A model generated the notes under the pieces. That model saw only the letters and a program-made list of their open reading frames with translations, did no database searches and was not told the origin of the DNA. 64,000 nt of DNA from Actinomycetes bacterium (GTDB lineage: Bacteria; Actinomycetota; Actinomycetes; JAHEKZ01). Every line of letters starts with the position of its first letter. The stretch's first letter is position 1. Shown in pieces: positions 46,512 through 56,199 of the stretch. Both the position numbers and the translations under genes were made by a program. The stretch is taken from the NCBI GenBank assembly GCA_027118455.1, contig JAJAYZ010000044.1:164-64163 (forward strand), read 5' to 3'.

Positions 46512-47627
46512 TCAGGGACCAAGCTCCATGCCCGAGAGGAAGGTTAGGCACATTTGGCGACCGATTCTGTCCTCGAAATGTGCCTCACCTTCATCGCGAT
46601 GCCGGAACCATCGGATCGGGTCACTGGAGCCCGGGAACGGTCGTTGGAAGATCTCCAGTGCAGATGGTGGCACCCACAGCTGGTGCGTGCGTCTCGCTTC
46701 CCGTCGCCGCCACCGGGCTTCCACTTCAACCGGGCCGCGGTGGATCTCGCGATCGACGTAACGCACCACGAGGATCCCCAACTCCTCCTCGAGCCACTCC
46801 TGGCGTAGCTTCTCGGTCCAGACCGGATCGGTGGGTGCCGTCGGTCCGTCGTACTTTCCTCGACCGTCAGCTTCCCCGGTGATTCCGAGGCCGTCCCACC
46901 AATGATCGGTCCTGAACTCCACCGCACCCAGTCGAAGGCTCACGTTGCTCCAAGGGCGGGGTACGCCCTGCAGCATGAGTTCACCACGTCCGCGTGACTC
47001 GAGCGGCGACTCCGAGTGACCATCGGCCCAGTCGAGGGTCTGCCGCGCTTCCCGACACCCACGCACCGAGCCTCGGTCGCTGAGGATTCGGAGCATCTGT
47101 GGCTGACTTGCGCCCCTGCGCAGAGCGGCATCTACGGTGATCAGTGCCAGTGGAGTGGGGAGGTCGAGCGCAATATCAACAGCCGTCCACTCGATGCTGG
47201 TCACTGGGATTCCGTTGATCACCGCGATGTGATGAGACGGCAGGTGTCGGCGCACGACGCGTACCCCCGGCCAGCTTCCACTTCGTTGAGGACGAACGAC
47301 CTCCGGTCGCTTGGGGACACTGGACACCGGCAAGTCCCAGGCCAAAGCGGCTGATCTTAGGCCGGTAACGGTGCCGCTGGTTGCGATGGCCGACACCTCC
47401 CGCAGATGCGCCGATCGCTCACGCTGCCAGCGGTCGGACGGATCTCCCGTCAACGGGAGTACGTAATACCCACGGCGTGTTCTCCTGATCACGCCGCGGC
47501 GCAGCATGCGAGCGACGTCGGCGCTTTCAACACCCCACGAGGCTAGTTGCGTGTGGCTCGCTCCTCCACCGCACGCGAGCATGTGCTGGACCACGAGGGA
47601 GTATTGGGCATCATGGCTGGGTGTCAC
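46512..47627 (-). CDS. AbiEi-antitoxin-like N-terminal wHTH + DUF559/endonuclease-like C-terminal domain protein
   Basis: The pattern is typical of a widespread actinobacterial family (N-terminal ...SHTQLASWGVESADVARMLRRGVIRRTRRGYYVL; central ...SPLESRGR...). No AbiEii-like partner is adjacent. The last ~25 codons lie inside repeat A. Confidence 0.55.
   Translation of the reverse strand: MTPSHDAQYSLVVQHMLACGGGASHTQLASWGVESADVARMLRRGVIRRTRRGYYVLPLTGDPSDRWQRERSAHLREVSAIATSGTVTGLRSAALAWDLPVSSVPKRPEVVRPQRSGSWPGVRVVRRHLPSHHIAVINGIPVTSIEWTAVDIALDLPTPLALITVDAALRRGASQPQMLRILSDRGSVRGCREARQTLDWADGHSESPLESRGRGELMLQGVPRPWSNVSLRLGAVEFRTDHWWDGLGITGEADGRGKYDGPTAPTDPVWTEKLRQEWLEEELGILVVRYVDREIHRGPVEVEARWRRREARRTHQLWVPPSALEIFQRPFPGSSDPIRWFRHRDEGEAHFEDRIGRQMCLTFLSGMELGP
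46534..46595. repeat. 62-nt hairpin-forming repeat, copy A
   Basis: gagaggAAGGTTAGGCACATTTggcgaccgattctgtcctcgAAATGTGCCTCACCTTcatc. The 15-bp stem has one mismatch. About 75% identical to copy B in the same orientation. Confidence 0.6.
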
Positions 47628-47719
47628 GTGGGCACCCTGGCGAAGCGGTGGCGTGAGCGTCCCGCTTTCTCGGTACCTGTGGACAGATGACGCATCTCTC
47701 GGACCGGACAGGGCTCGCC

Positions 47720-47781
47720 GAGATGAAGGCTAGGCACGTTTGCCGGCCAGATTCGCGCCTGAAACGTGCGCAAACTTCATC
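47720..47781. repeat. 62-nt hairpin-forming repeat, copy B
   Basis: gagatgAAGGCTAGGCACGTTTgccggccagattcgcgcctgAAACGTGCGCAAACTTcatc. The stem core GCACGTTT/AAACGTGC differs from copy A (GCACATTT/AAATGTGC) by a compensatory pair. Confidence 0.6.
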
Positions 47782-47833
47782 TCGGTGTCGGCTGGACCAT
47801 GACTCCGGTGCGAGGCAGGGCTAGCGTGGCGGG

Positions 47834-49258
47834 ATGACTACAGGGGAACTTGCCGCGTTGGCCGACGCCGTGCGTGGCGGGCGGGTGAGCGCGGCCGAAC
47901 TGCTGGCAGAGGCCCAGAGCCGGATCGACCAGCACGATGGCGCCATCAACGCGGTGGTTGCCAGGTGCGATGACGCGGCCGAGCGGTCCGCGAAGGCCGT
48001 CGACGCCGCGGTGGCGGCTGGGCGTGATCCGGGTCCGCTTGCCGGTGTACCGGTTCTGGTCAAAGACCTCGAGGACGTCCAGGGGATGGTCACGACGCAG
48101 GGCTCGCTGCTCTTTGTTGACGCCCCTCCCGCGTCCGCGCACGGAACGGTGCCCCAGCGGCTGGTCGACGCCGGCGCGGTGATCGTAGGCAAAGCGAACC
48201 TTCCCGAGTTCGCCACCGAGGGTTACACCGAGAACCTCGTCTTTGGAACCACTGGCAACCCCTGGCGGCTGGAGTACTCGCCAGGGGGTTCGAGCGGCGG
48301 AAGTGCTGCTGCGGTGGCGTCCGGGATGGTGCCGGTTGCGACCGCGACTGACGGTGGTGGATCCATCAGGATCCCAGCCGCGTTCTGTGGTCTGGTCGGC
48401 ATCAAGCCGACGCACGGCGTCATCGGGCGGTGGCCTGCCCAGGACTGGATCGACATGTCAACGGAGGGCCCGTTCGCCACGTCTGCCGATGACCTGGCCC
48501 TGCTCTGGCGGATCATGGTCGGACGCGTTGACGGCGACCCCGGGGCGGTACCGACCTCGATGCTTGACGAGGTGGCCGAGCCGGCCCCAGCGCGGCGGGT
48601 TTTCGTCGTTGATCGGTTCGCCGCGGACGCAGCGCTCCCCGAGAACGTTCGCGCGCCCTTCGAGGATGCGGTCGAGCAGATGGGCGGGTTGCTGGGCGTC
48701 ACGCCGGTGAGGATTTTGGCACGCGACTTGGGTGGTGACGTGGATGTGGATGACGACTGGTTCACGATGGCCACCGCCGAACATGTTGCACGCTTTGGAC
48801 GCGCATGGGTGGAGCAAGGGCTGGAGCAGATGCACCCGGCGGCCCGCGGGTTCATGGAGTGGGGGCTACGGATCGGTCTCGACCAGTACCTGGCGGCGCG
48901 GCGCCGTCGCTTCCTGCTGGTGCGATCGCTCGATGTGCTACTCGGAGACGACGGCGTGCTGCTCAGCCCGGTGAATGCGGCCGCGGGTTGGTTGGCCGAT
49001 GGTCGGATGACTATCGACGATCAGCGGGGGATGCTGCCGCCCGATGTGTTCAACACGCCGTACACCAACATCAGCGGGCATCCAACGCTCTCTCTTCCGG
49101 CTGGCTTGACCGACCTCGGAATCCCTTTCGGGTTGCAGGTGGCAGGACCGCGCTACCGCGACGGGCTGCTACTGGAGCTTGCGCGTCGGTGGGAGCAGGA
49201 GTATCCGTGGCCGCGGGTGGCTCCCGGCTACCGCACGTGGGCCAATGAGGTGCTCTAA
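47834..49258 (+). CDS. amidase-signature family amidase
   Basis: GGSSGGSAAAVASG signature with upstream K (VLVKDL) and the Ser-cisSer pattern. 474 aa. Confidence 0.9.
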   Translation: MTTGELAALADAVRGGRVSAAELLAEAQSRIDQHDGAINAVVARCDDAAERSAKAVDAAVAAGRDPGPLAGVPVLVKDLEDVQGMVTTQGSLLFVDAPPASAHGTVPQRLVDAGAVIVGKANLPEFATEGYTENLVFGTTGNPWRLEYSPGGSSGGSAAAVASGMVPVATATDGGGSIRIPAAFCGLVGIKPTHGVIGRWPAQDWIDMSTEGPFATSADDLALLWRIMVGRVDGDPGAVPTSMLDEVAEPAPARRVFVVDRFAADAALPENVRAPFEDAVEQMGGLLGVTPVRILARDLGGDVDVDDDWFTMATAEHVARFGRAWVEQGLEQMHPAARGFMEWGLRIGLDQYLAARRRRFLLVRSLDVLLGDDGVLLSPVNAAAGWLADGRMTIDDQRGMLPPDVFNTPYTNISGHPTLSLPAGLTDLGIPFGLQVAGPRYRDGLLLELARRWEQEYPWPRVAPGYRTWANEVL

Positions 49259-50790
49259 GCTTCCCCGCTGAGCTGCTGTGTTCCGACCGAGGCGTCGCCC
49301 TTCTCCGCTGTCCGGACGATGTTGCGCACCATCGATCCAAACACGATGCCGTGGAAGGGTGCGACCATCCACCAGTACGCGTGACCCCAGAGCCCGCGCG
49401 GGTGAAAGATGGCGCGCTGACGATAGGTGGTCGGGTCTGCGTCGACGGTCATCTCCAGCCAGGCCCGACCGGGGAGGCGCATCTCGGCGCGCAGTCGCAA
49501 TAGCTTCTCAGGAATGCGCTCTTCAACCCGCCAGAAGTCGAGCGACTCACCCACCATGAGGCGGTCGGGGTCGCGGCGACCCCGCCGAAGGCCCACTCCG
49601 CCGATGGCGCTGTCCATCAGGCCACGCACCTCCCACGCCAGTGGGAATGAGTGCCAGCCACGCTCGCCGCCGATGCCCTCGATCACCTGCCACAGCGCCG
49701 ATGGTGATGCCGTCGTCTCGCGCTCGCGTTCGTCGGAGTAGAGCGAACCGCCAGCCCAGTCGGGGTCGGTCGGCAGAGGGTCGCTGGGTGCGCCGAAGAC
49801 CGAGGCGTTCGACCATCGCGTGGCGACGTCGGCCTCCTTGATGCGTCGGAGCGCTAGCTCAACCGCGCGGTCGAAGCCGACGAGCCCGTCGGCCGGGTTG
49901 GAGATGAACTGTGCGATGTCGTGCTCGCGACAAAACACCTCGTGCTTGAGTGACGCCACCAGCGGTCGCGCGATCGCGCGAGGCACCGGTGTCACGAGAC
50001 CCACCCAGTGGCTCGACAGGGTGGGAGACAGCACGGGAACTGGGACGATGATGCGCCGGTGAAGTTGGGCTACCGCTGCGTAGCGCTGCATCATGTCGGC
50101 GTAGGTGAGGACGTCGGGGCCGCCGATGTCGAAGGCGCGGTTGACGTCGGGCGGAAGGTCGGCTGACGCCACAAGGTAGCGCAGCACGTCGCGGATCGCG
50201 ATGGGTTGGATGCGGTTGCGCACCCACTTGGGGGTGACCATGGCAGGGAGCCGCTCGGTGAGGTACCGCAGCATCTCGAAGGAGGCTGACCCCGAACCGA
50301 TGATCATCGCGGCGCGCAACTCGGCCGTAGGGACGCCTGAGGCGCGCAAGATCTCGCCAACGCGTAGTCGGGACGAAAGGTGGGGTGACAGTGCCGCGGT
50401 CTGGCTGCCGCCGGCATCGGCGCCCGGGGGAGTGAGGCCCCCGAGGTAAACGATCCGACCGACCCCCGACGATCGCGCCGCATCGACGAACGTCGTCGCC
50501 ATCGACGCCTCGAGCTCGTCGAATCCCTCTCCTTCGACGAGGGAGTGCAAGAGGTAGTAGGCGACGTCGACATCGCGCAGCGCTGCGGTGACGGCACGTG
50601 GATCGGTGGCGTCACCGGCGACGATCTCGATCTGATCAGCCCACGGTCTGTCGCGCAGCCGGTCGGGCGACCTGGCGAGGACGCGCACGGTGAAGCCGGC
50701 AGCCAGCAGCTCGGGGACCAGGCGACCGCCGATGTATCCGGTCGCACCGGTGACCAGCGCGCGTCGAGGAGAAGGAGTCACGGCCTTCAT
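49255..50790 (-). CDS. NAD(P)H-binding SDR/NmrA-like domain + DUF2867 protein
   Basis: LVTGATGYIGGRL Rossmann motif. The C-terminal ~150 aa is DUF2867-like. Start at ATG 50790. Confidence 0.8.
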   Translation of the reverse strand: MKAVTPSPRRALVTGATGYIGGRLVPELLAAGFTVRVLARSPDRLRDRPWADQIEIVAGDATDPRAVTAALRDVDVAYYLLHSLVEGEGFDELEASMATTFVDAARSSGVGRIVYLGGLTPPGADAGGSQTAALSPHLSSRLRVGEILRASGVPTAELRAAMIIGSGSASFEMLRYLTERLPAMVTPKWVRNRIQPIAIRDVLRYLVASADLPPDVNRAFDIGGPDVLTYADMMQRYAAVAQLHRRIIVPVPVLSPTLSSHWVGLVTPVPRAIARPLVASLKHEVFCREHDIAQFISNPADGLVGFDRAVELALRRIKEADVATRWSNASVFGAPSDPLPTDPDWAGGSLYSDERERETTASPSALWQVIEGIGGERGWHSFPLAWEVRGLMDSAIGGVGLRRGRRDPDRLMVGESLDFWRVEERIPEKLLRLRAEMRLPGRAWLEMTVDADPTTYRQRAIFHPRGLWGHAYWWMVAPFHGIVFGSMVRNIVRTAEKGDASVGTQQLSGEA

Positions 50791-50846
50791 TCTGCTGCTC
50801 TTCGGCCTCCGGCACATCTGGACGGGAGCATGACACGATCAACGGC

Positions 50847-51332
50847 ATGAGTCCGTGGCTGGAGATCGCAGTCGCGATCGCGCTTGGGCTCGGACTCGTC
50901 GGGCTGGTCGTTCCGGTGCTTCCCGGACTTGCACTGATGTGGGGTGCCGTTGGCGTCTGGGCGCTGCTGGATGGCGGTGGTGCCTGGCGCTGGGTGACCT
51001 TCGGGGTCGTGACCGTGCTGGCGGTCGTCGGGACGGTGGCCGCGCTGACGCTGTCCGGGCGCAAGGCCACGGGTGCCGGCGCGCCCTGGTGGGCGCTCAT
51101 GATGGCAGGGGTCGGGGCGGGTGCCGGCTTCTTCGTGATCCCGCTGCTCGGGATCGTGGTTGGTGGCATCGCTGGCCTCTGGTTGGCCGAGCTGATCAGG
51201 CTGCGCCACCCGAAGGCGGCCTGGGACACCACCTGGGAGGCCCTTCAGGGCTACGGCACGGGCACCGTGGTCCAGATGGTGGCTGGAATCGCGATCTTGC
51301 TGGTCTGGGCGGTCGGCGTTGTCCTGTCCTGA
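50847..51332 (+). CDS. DUF456 family membrane protein
   Basis: 161 aa with 4 TM segments and the LVGLVVPVLPGLALMW... pattern of DUF456. Confidence 0.75.
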   Translation: MSPWLEIAVAIALGLGLVGLVVPVLPGLALMWGAVGVWALLDGGGAWRWVTFGVVTVLAVVGTVAALTLSGRKATGAGAPWWALMMAGVGAGAGFFVIPLLGIVVGGIAGLWLAELIRLRHPKAAWDTTWEALQGYGTGTVVQMVAGIAILLVWAVGVVLS

Positions 51333-51473
51333 GCCAGCGATCTGGCCGACGCGCCGGGCCGATAGTTGGTTGAGTCGACCGCGTCAGGCACAATGCAACC
51401 AGCGTGATGCACGCATCCGGCGTCCGGCCGGCGAGGTAGCTGGGGAAGGCGACCCTCGCAAAGGAGGCCGGAC

Positions 51474-51980
51474 ATGTCGCTTTCTCCTGCAACACGTGGG
51501 GTGGTGTTCATCCACTCCGCCCCGGCTGCGCTCTGCCCGCATGTTGAGTGGGCGATGGCCGGGGTACTCGGTGGCCACGTCAACCTGCAGTGGACGCCGC
51601 AGCCGGCCCAGACCGCCTGTTACCGCGCTGAGCTCTCCTGGCAAGCCTCCCCTGGGACGGCGGCAACTCTCACGTCCGCCATGCGCGGGTGGGAGCACGT
51701 TCGCTATGAGGTCACTGAAGAGGGGTCCCCAGGCGTTGAGGGCGAGCGCTACATGTACACCCCCTCCCTGGGGATCTTCCATGCCGTGATGGGGCTGCAC
51801 GGCGACATCTTGGTTCCGGAGGACCGGATTCGGCTGGCCATGCTCGACGCCGAGGCGGGCAAGGGCGCGCTCCCCGAAGCGCTCGACCATCTTCTGGGAC
51901 GCCCGTGGGACGACGAGCTCGAGACCTTCCGTTATGCCGGCGATGGCGCACCGGTCCGTTGGCTGCATCAGGTGATCTAG
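51474..51980 (+). CDS. DUF3145 family protein (conserved actinobacterial, usually next to the fab cluster)
   Basis: TRGVVFIHSAPAALCPHVEWA...WTPQP...YRAELSW... is the characteristic DUF3145 N-terminus. Confidence 0.8.
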   Translation: MSLSPATRGVVFIHSAPAALCPHVEWAMAGVLGGHVNLQWTPQPAQTACYRAELSWQASPGTAATLTSAMRGWEHVRYEVTEEGSPGVEGERYMYTPSLGIFHAVMGLHGDILVPEDRIRLAMLDAEAGKGALPEALDHLLGRPWDDELETFRYAGDGAPVRWLHQVI

Positions 51981-52162
51981 CCCAAGAAGCATGTGAGGCG
52001 CAAACGAATAGAGGCTGCTCCAGGCCGGTCTAGCCGATCAACTGCCTGGTGCATGTGACCGGACTGATCCCCTTCCCTGTCCGGTTGCGACGAGGCCCCT
52101 CTCGCGGCGACGTGGGAGGGGCATCTCGCGCCCCAGAGGACGATCGCAACGATGAGGGTGGG

Positions 52163-53599
52163 CTAGAGGGGGATGTTGCCGTGGCGGCCACGGAGCGGGG
52201 CGGCGGCCACGATGGCGGCAGCAAGGGCTGACCGGGTCACGGCCGGCTCGATGACCTCGTCGACGACGCCAAGGGACTGCGCCTTCTCCAGGCCGCCGGC
52301 GATGAGCTCGTGCTCTTCGGCGAGCTCGAGCTCGACCTCGGCGCGGATGTCGTCTGGCAGGTCGGCCAGCCGCCGGCGGTGCAAGATGCGAACCGCTGCG
52401 ATCGATCCCATGACGGCGACTGTGGCCGACGGCCAGGCGAAGACCCGGGTGGCCCCAAGAGCGCGTGAGTTCATCGCGATGTAGGCGCCGCCGTATGCCT
52501 TGCGTGTGACGACGGTGACCCTTGGCACGACCGCTTCGGCGAAGGCATGCAGCAGCTTGGCGCCGCGTCGCACGACGCCGTCCCACTCCTGACCGACGCC
52601 GGGCAGGTAGCCGGGAACATCGACGATCACGACCAGCGGGACGCCGAACGCGTCACACATGCGGACGAAGCGAGCGGCCTTCTCAGCTGAAGGAGAGTCG
52701 AGGCAGCCGCCAAGGCGGAGCGGATTGTTGGCGATGACACCGACGGTACGTCCACCGAGGCGGCCCAGGGTGGTGACGATGTTCGGCGCCCAGCGTTCGT
52801 GCAGCTCGACCGATGAGCCTTCGTCGAGGAGGTGTGTGACGAGAGGGTGGACGTCGTAGGCGCGCTTGGCCGACTCCGGAAGATGCTCTTCGAGGTCGAC
52901 GTCAACGATGAGGGTGCTGGACTGCAGCTCGCCTTGAGCACCGAGCAGGTGCGTGAGTGACCGTGCCTTCTCGAGCGCTTCCTCGTCGGTCTCGGTGGCG
53001 ATGTGAACAACGCCGCTGCGGCGCGCGTGCGGCTCTGCGCCGCCTAGACGCTCCATGTTGACATCTTCGCCGGTGACCGAGCGGACTACATCGGGTCCGG
53101 TGACGAACACCCGGCCATTCGGCCCAAGAATGACGATATCGGTGAGCGCCGGTCCGTAGGCGGCGCCGCCTGCGGCCGCACCAAGGACGACGGAAATCTG
53201 GGGGATACGCCCGGACGCCCTGGTCATGATGTTGAAGACTTCGCCGACCGCGTGCAACGAGACAACGCCCTCGGCAAGGCGCGCGCCACCGGAGTGCCAC
53301 AAGCCGATGACGGGGATCTCGTCAGCGAGCGCCCGCGCGTACGCAGCGAGGATGACCTTGCATCCCTCGGCGCCCATCGCGCCGCCCATGATGGTGGCGT
53401 CAGAGCAGAACGCGACCGCGTGCGTCCCGTTGACGAGGCCGTGTCCGGCGAGCATCCCGGAGTCGCCGTCGGCCGTGAGTGCGACGTAGGTGCCGTCGTC
53501 GAAGAGGGCGCGGAGCCGCTTGTTGGGGTTTCGCGGGTCGTCCTCGCGGGCGCCCTTGGGCTTCTTCGCAGCTGGAGCCGGTTGCTCGGTGGTGGTCAC
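52163..53599 (-). CDS. acyl-CoA carboxylase carboxyltransferase (beta) subunit
   Basis: Two crotonase-like CT halves (…GGARLAEGV…; …GGAYIAM…), 478 aa. The AccD6-like position upstream of fabF matches actinobacterial synteny. Confidence 0.9.
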   Translation of the reverse strand: MTTTEQPAPAAKKPKGAREDDPRNPNKRLRALFDDGTYVALTADGDSGMLAGHGLVNGTHAVAFCSDATIMGGAMGAEGCKVILAAYARALADEIPVIGLWHSGGARLAEGVVSLHAVGEVFNIMTRASGRIPQISVVLGAAAGGAAYGPALTDIVILGPNGRVFVTGPDVVRSVTGEDVNMERLGGAEPHARRSGVVHIATETDEEALEKARSLTHLLGAQGELQSSTLIVDVDLEEHLPESAKRAYDVHPLVTHLLDEGSSVELHERWAPNIVTTLGRLGGRTVGVIANNPLRLGGCLDSPSAEKAARFVRMCDAFGVPLVVIVDVPGYLPGVGQEWDGVVRRGAKLLHAFAEAVVPRVTVVTRKAYGGAYIAMNSRALGATRVFAWPSATVAVMGSIAAVRILHRRRLADLPDDIRAEVELELAEEHELIAGGLEKAQSLGVVDEVIEPAVTRSALAAAIVAAAPLRGRHGNIPL

Positions 53600-54861
53600 G
53601 GATAGCTCCGGAAGGCGAGAGCCACGTTGTGACCGCCAAACCCGAACGAGTTGTTGAGCGCTACGGCGCCGGGAAAGCGGTCGTCGGCCAGTTTGCGTGC
53701 CTGCCCGGCGACGATGTCGAGTTGTACTTCGGGATCGAGGTTCTCAAGGTTGATAGTGGGCGGAACCAACTGGTCGTGCAGCGCCATGACGCAGGCCAAC
53801 GACTCGACGGCTCCAGCAGCCCCGAGCAGGTGGCCTGTCATCGACTTGGTAGAGGTGACGGCCACCTGCGCTGCGGCGTCACCGAGCGCAGTGCGAATAG
53901 CCAGCGCTTCGGCAAGGTCGCCCAGTGGCGTGCTCGTGCCGTGCGCGTTGATGTGTACGACGTCGGTGGGCTCGGCGCCGGCGTCGGCGAGGGCGATCCG
54001 CATCGCGCGGGTCGCTCCCTTCCCTTCCGGGTCGGGTTGGGCGATGTGGTGACCATCGGCGGTGATGCCGGCTCCGGCCACCTCGCCGTAGATCTTGGCG
54101 CCTCGCGCCTTGGCGTGTTCGGCTGTCTCGATGACCAGCACTGCGGCGCCTTCACCGAAGACGAAGCCGTCGCGGCCGGTGTCCCAAGGGCGGGACGCGC
54201 CAGCCGGGTCGTCGTTGCGCTTGGAGAGCGCTCGCATGGCGGCGAAGGCGGCAAGGGGGAGTGGATGAATGCAGGCCTCGGTGCCGCCGACGACGACCAT
54301 GTCGGCGCGGCCGCCACGAATCATCGCCAGGCCCTGCGCAACAGCCTCGGCGCCGGATGCGCACGCCGAGACCGGCGTGTGAACCCCGGCGCGGGCCGAG
54401 ATCTCTAGACCTACAACGGCAGCTGGGCCGTTGGGCATGAGCATGGGAATGGTGTGCGGACTGACCCGACGGGGGCCGGACTCGCGGTAGATGTCCCACT
54501 GACCGAGCAAGGTCAGCGCTCCGCCGATTCCGGTGGCGATGCTGACGCCGAGTCGTTCGCGGTCGACGTCGGGTGATCCGGCGTCAGACCATGCTTCTCG
54601 TGCCGCGATGAGGGCGAGCTGCTGGGTGCGGTCGAGCTTGCGCGCCTCGACGCGGTCGAGAACGTCGCCTGGGTCGACCGCTACGCGAGCGGCGAACTGC
54701 ACCGGCAGCTCCGACGCCCACTCCTCAGTGAGGGAGCGGACGCCGGAGCGACCAGCGAGCAGCCCGTCCCAAGTCGACGCGACGTCGCCACCGACTGGCG
54801 TGGTGGCGCCGAGGCCGGTGATCACAACAGTCTGCGCATCAGACCTGGGTGTTGCGGACAT
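53596..54861 (-). CDS. fabF: beta-ketoacyl-ACP synthase II (KasA/FabF type)
   Basis: Active-site Cys (PVSACASGAEA), His pair (INAHGTSTP; ...SMTGHLLGAAG), and C-terminal NSFGFGGHN. Confidence 0.92.
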   Translation of the reverse strand: MSATPRSDAQTVVITGLGATTPVGGDVASTWDGLLAGRSGVRSLTEEWASELPVQFAARVAVDPGDVLDRVEARKLDRTQQLALIAAREAWSDAGSPDVDRERLGVSIATGIGGALTLLGQWDIYRESGPRRVSPHTIPMLMPNGPAAVVGLEISARAGVHTPVSACASGAEAVAQGLAMIRGGRADMVVVGGTEACIHPLPLAAFAAMRALSKRNDDPAGASRPWDTGRDGFVFGEGAAVLVIETAEHAKARGAKIYGEVAGAGITADGHHIAQPDPEGKGATRAMRIALADAGAEPTDVVHINAHGTSTPLGDLAEALAIRTALGDAAAQVAVTSTKSMTGHLLGAAGAVESLACVMALHDQLVPPTINLENLDPEVQLDIVAGQARKLADDRFPGAVALNNSFGFGGHNVALAFRSYP

Positions 54862-54864
54862 CGG

Positions 54865-55110
54865 TCAGGCACCCGCCTGCGCGATGTAGGTCACTGCATC
54901 ACCGACGGTGCGGAGGTCCTTCACGTCGTCGTCAGGGATCTTGACGCCGAACTTCTCCTCGGCAGCAACAACGACCTCGACCATCGACAGCGAGTCGATG
55001 TCGAGGTCGTCGGTGAAAGCCTTGTCGAGCTGAACGCTGTCGACGGGCACGCCGGCAACCTCGTTCACGATCTCAGCGAGGCCGCTGAGGATCTCTTTCT
55101 GGTCCGCCAT
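54865..55110 (-). CDS. acpP: acyl carrier protein
   Basis: DLDIDSLSMVE phosphopantetheine-attachment motif. 81 aa. Confidence 0.92.
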   Translation of the reverse strand: MADQKEILSGLAEIVNEVAGVPVDSVQLDKAFTDDLDIDSLSMVEVVVAAEEKFGVKIPDDDVKDLRTVGDAVTYIAQAGA

Positions 55111-55191
55111 GGGAACTCCTTGTTCTGGCTATGTCTAGCTATCGGACTGTTCGGTTTACTGCGTTCCCGCGGGGGCGGGAGGTCACGATGA

Positions 55192-56199
55192 CTATGGCAC
55201 GACGACTACCTGGGCGGAGTAGACCAACCCCGCCCCAAAGCCGATGAGTAGAGCGAGGTCACCGCTCTTGATCTGCCCCTCTTCGAGCATCCGGCCCATC
55301 GCCAACGGGATCGACGCCGCCGAAGTGTTGCCGGTCTCGGCGATGTCTCGGGCAACGACGACGGACTCAGGAAGCCCGAGCTGCTTGATCATGGCGTCGG
55401 TGATCCGCATGTTGGCCTGGTGCGGAATGAATACATCGAGGTCGTCAGCCCCGATCCCGGCACTGTCCAGGGCCTCCCTCGCGACCTTGGCGATCTCGTA
55501 GACCGCCCAGCGAAAGACCTGCTGCCCGTTCATCCTCAGCGACGGAAACTTGTGGGTGGCTCCATTGCGGAAGACCCGCCACGTGACGTCCTGGATGATC
55601 GCTTCGGTCTGGGCGCCGTCCGAGCCCCACACGACCGGTCCGATGGCTGGAGTGTCCGAGGGGCCGATGACGGCCGCGCCGGCGCCGTCGCCGAAGATGA
55701 ACGCCGTGCCGCGGTCGGTGGGATCGGTGATGTCGGAGAGTTTCTCGACGCCGACCAGGAGGACGCGGGTGGCGCTACCGCCGCGGATGAGGTCTTGGGC
55801 GATCGCCAGGCCATAACTAAAACCGGCGCAGGCTGCGCTGATATCGAACGCTGCTGGGGTGCCGGCTCCGAGCTTGAAGGCGAGTTCGGCGGCAGCAGAT
55901 GGCGTCTGTAGGAGGTGTGTGACCGTGCAGACCACGACCGCGTCCAGCTGGTCGGCGCTGATGCCGGCCGCGGCGAGAGCCTTCTCAGCTGCTGCCGCCG
56001 CCATGTCGACAACGCTCTCGTCTTCGTCGGCGAAGTGGCGGGTGATGATGCCCGTGCGTTCTCGGATCCACTCGTCGGAGGAGTCGATGTGCTCACAGAT
56101 CTCGTCGTTGGTCACCACCCGCGAGGGGCGGTAGGCTCCGATGCCCAGAATGCGCGCGTACTGGGCGCCAGCGCGGGGCGCCAGCGCCATGCCGGTCAC
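55192..56199 (-). CDS. fabH: beta-ketoacyl-ACP synthase III
   Basis: AACAGF (Cys), FIPHQAN (His), GNTSAASIP (Asn). Overlaps the fabD stop by 4 nt. Confidence 0.92.
   Translation of the reverse strand: MTGMALAPRAGAQYARILGIGAYRPSRVVTNDEICEHIDSSDEWIRERTGIITRHFADEDESVVDMAAAAAEKALAAAGISADQLDAVVVCTVTHLLQTPSAAAELAFKLGAGTPAAFDISAACAGFSYGLAIAQDLIRGGSATRVLLVGVEKLSDITDPTDRGTAFIFGDGAGAAVIGPSDTPAIGPVVWGSDGAQTEAIIQDVTWRVFRNGATHKFPSLRMNGQQVFRWAVYEIAKVAREALDSAGIGADDLDVFIPHQANMRITDAMIKQLGLPESVVVARDIAETGNTSAASIPLAMGRMLEEGQIKSGDLALLIGFGAGLVYSAQVVVVP

Noticed and set aside
52095-52122. Hairpin GCCCCTC-N14-GAGGGGC between the convergent DUF3145 and carboxyltransferase genes, as a possible bidirectional terminator.
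   Set aside because: The 7-bp stem has a large loop and no flanking T/A tract. This is not distinguishable from chance in GC-rich DNA.
52030-52224. Small ORF downstream of, and overlapping, the carboxyltransferase 3' end, as a possible acyl-CoA carboxylase epsilon subunit.
   Set aside because: The sequence is Ser/Pro/Arg-rich with no resemblance to the AccE/PccE pattern I recall. It lies in an alternative frame of the accD 3' end.
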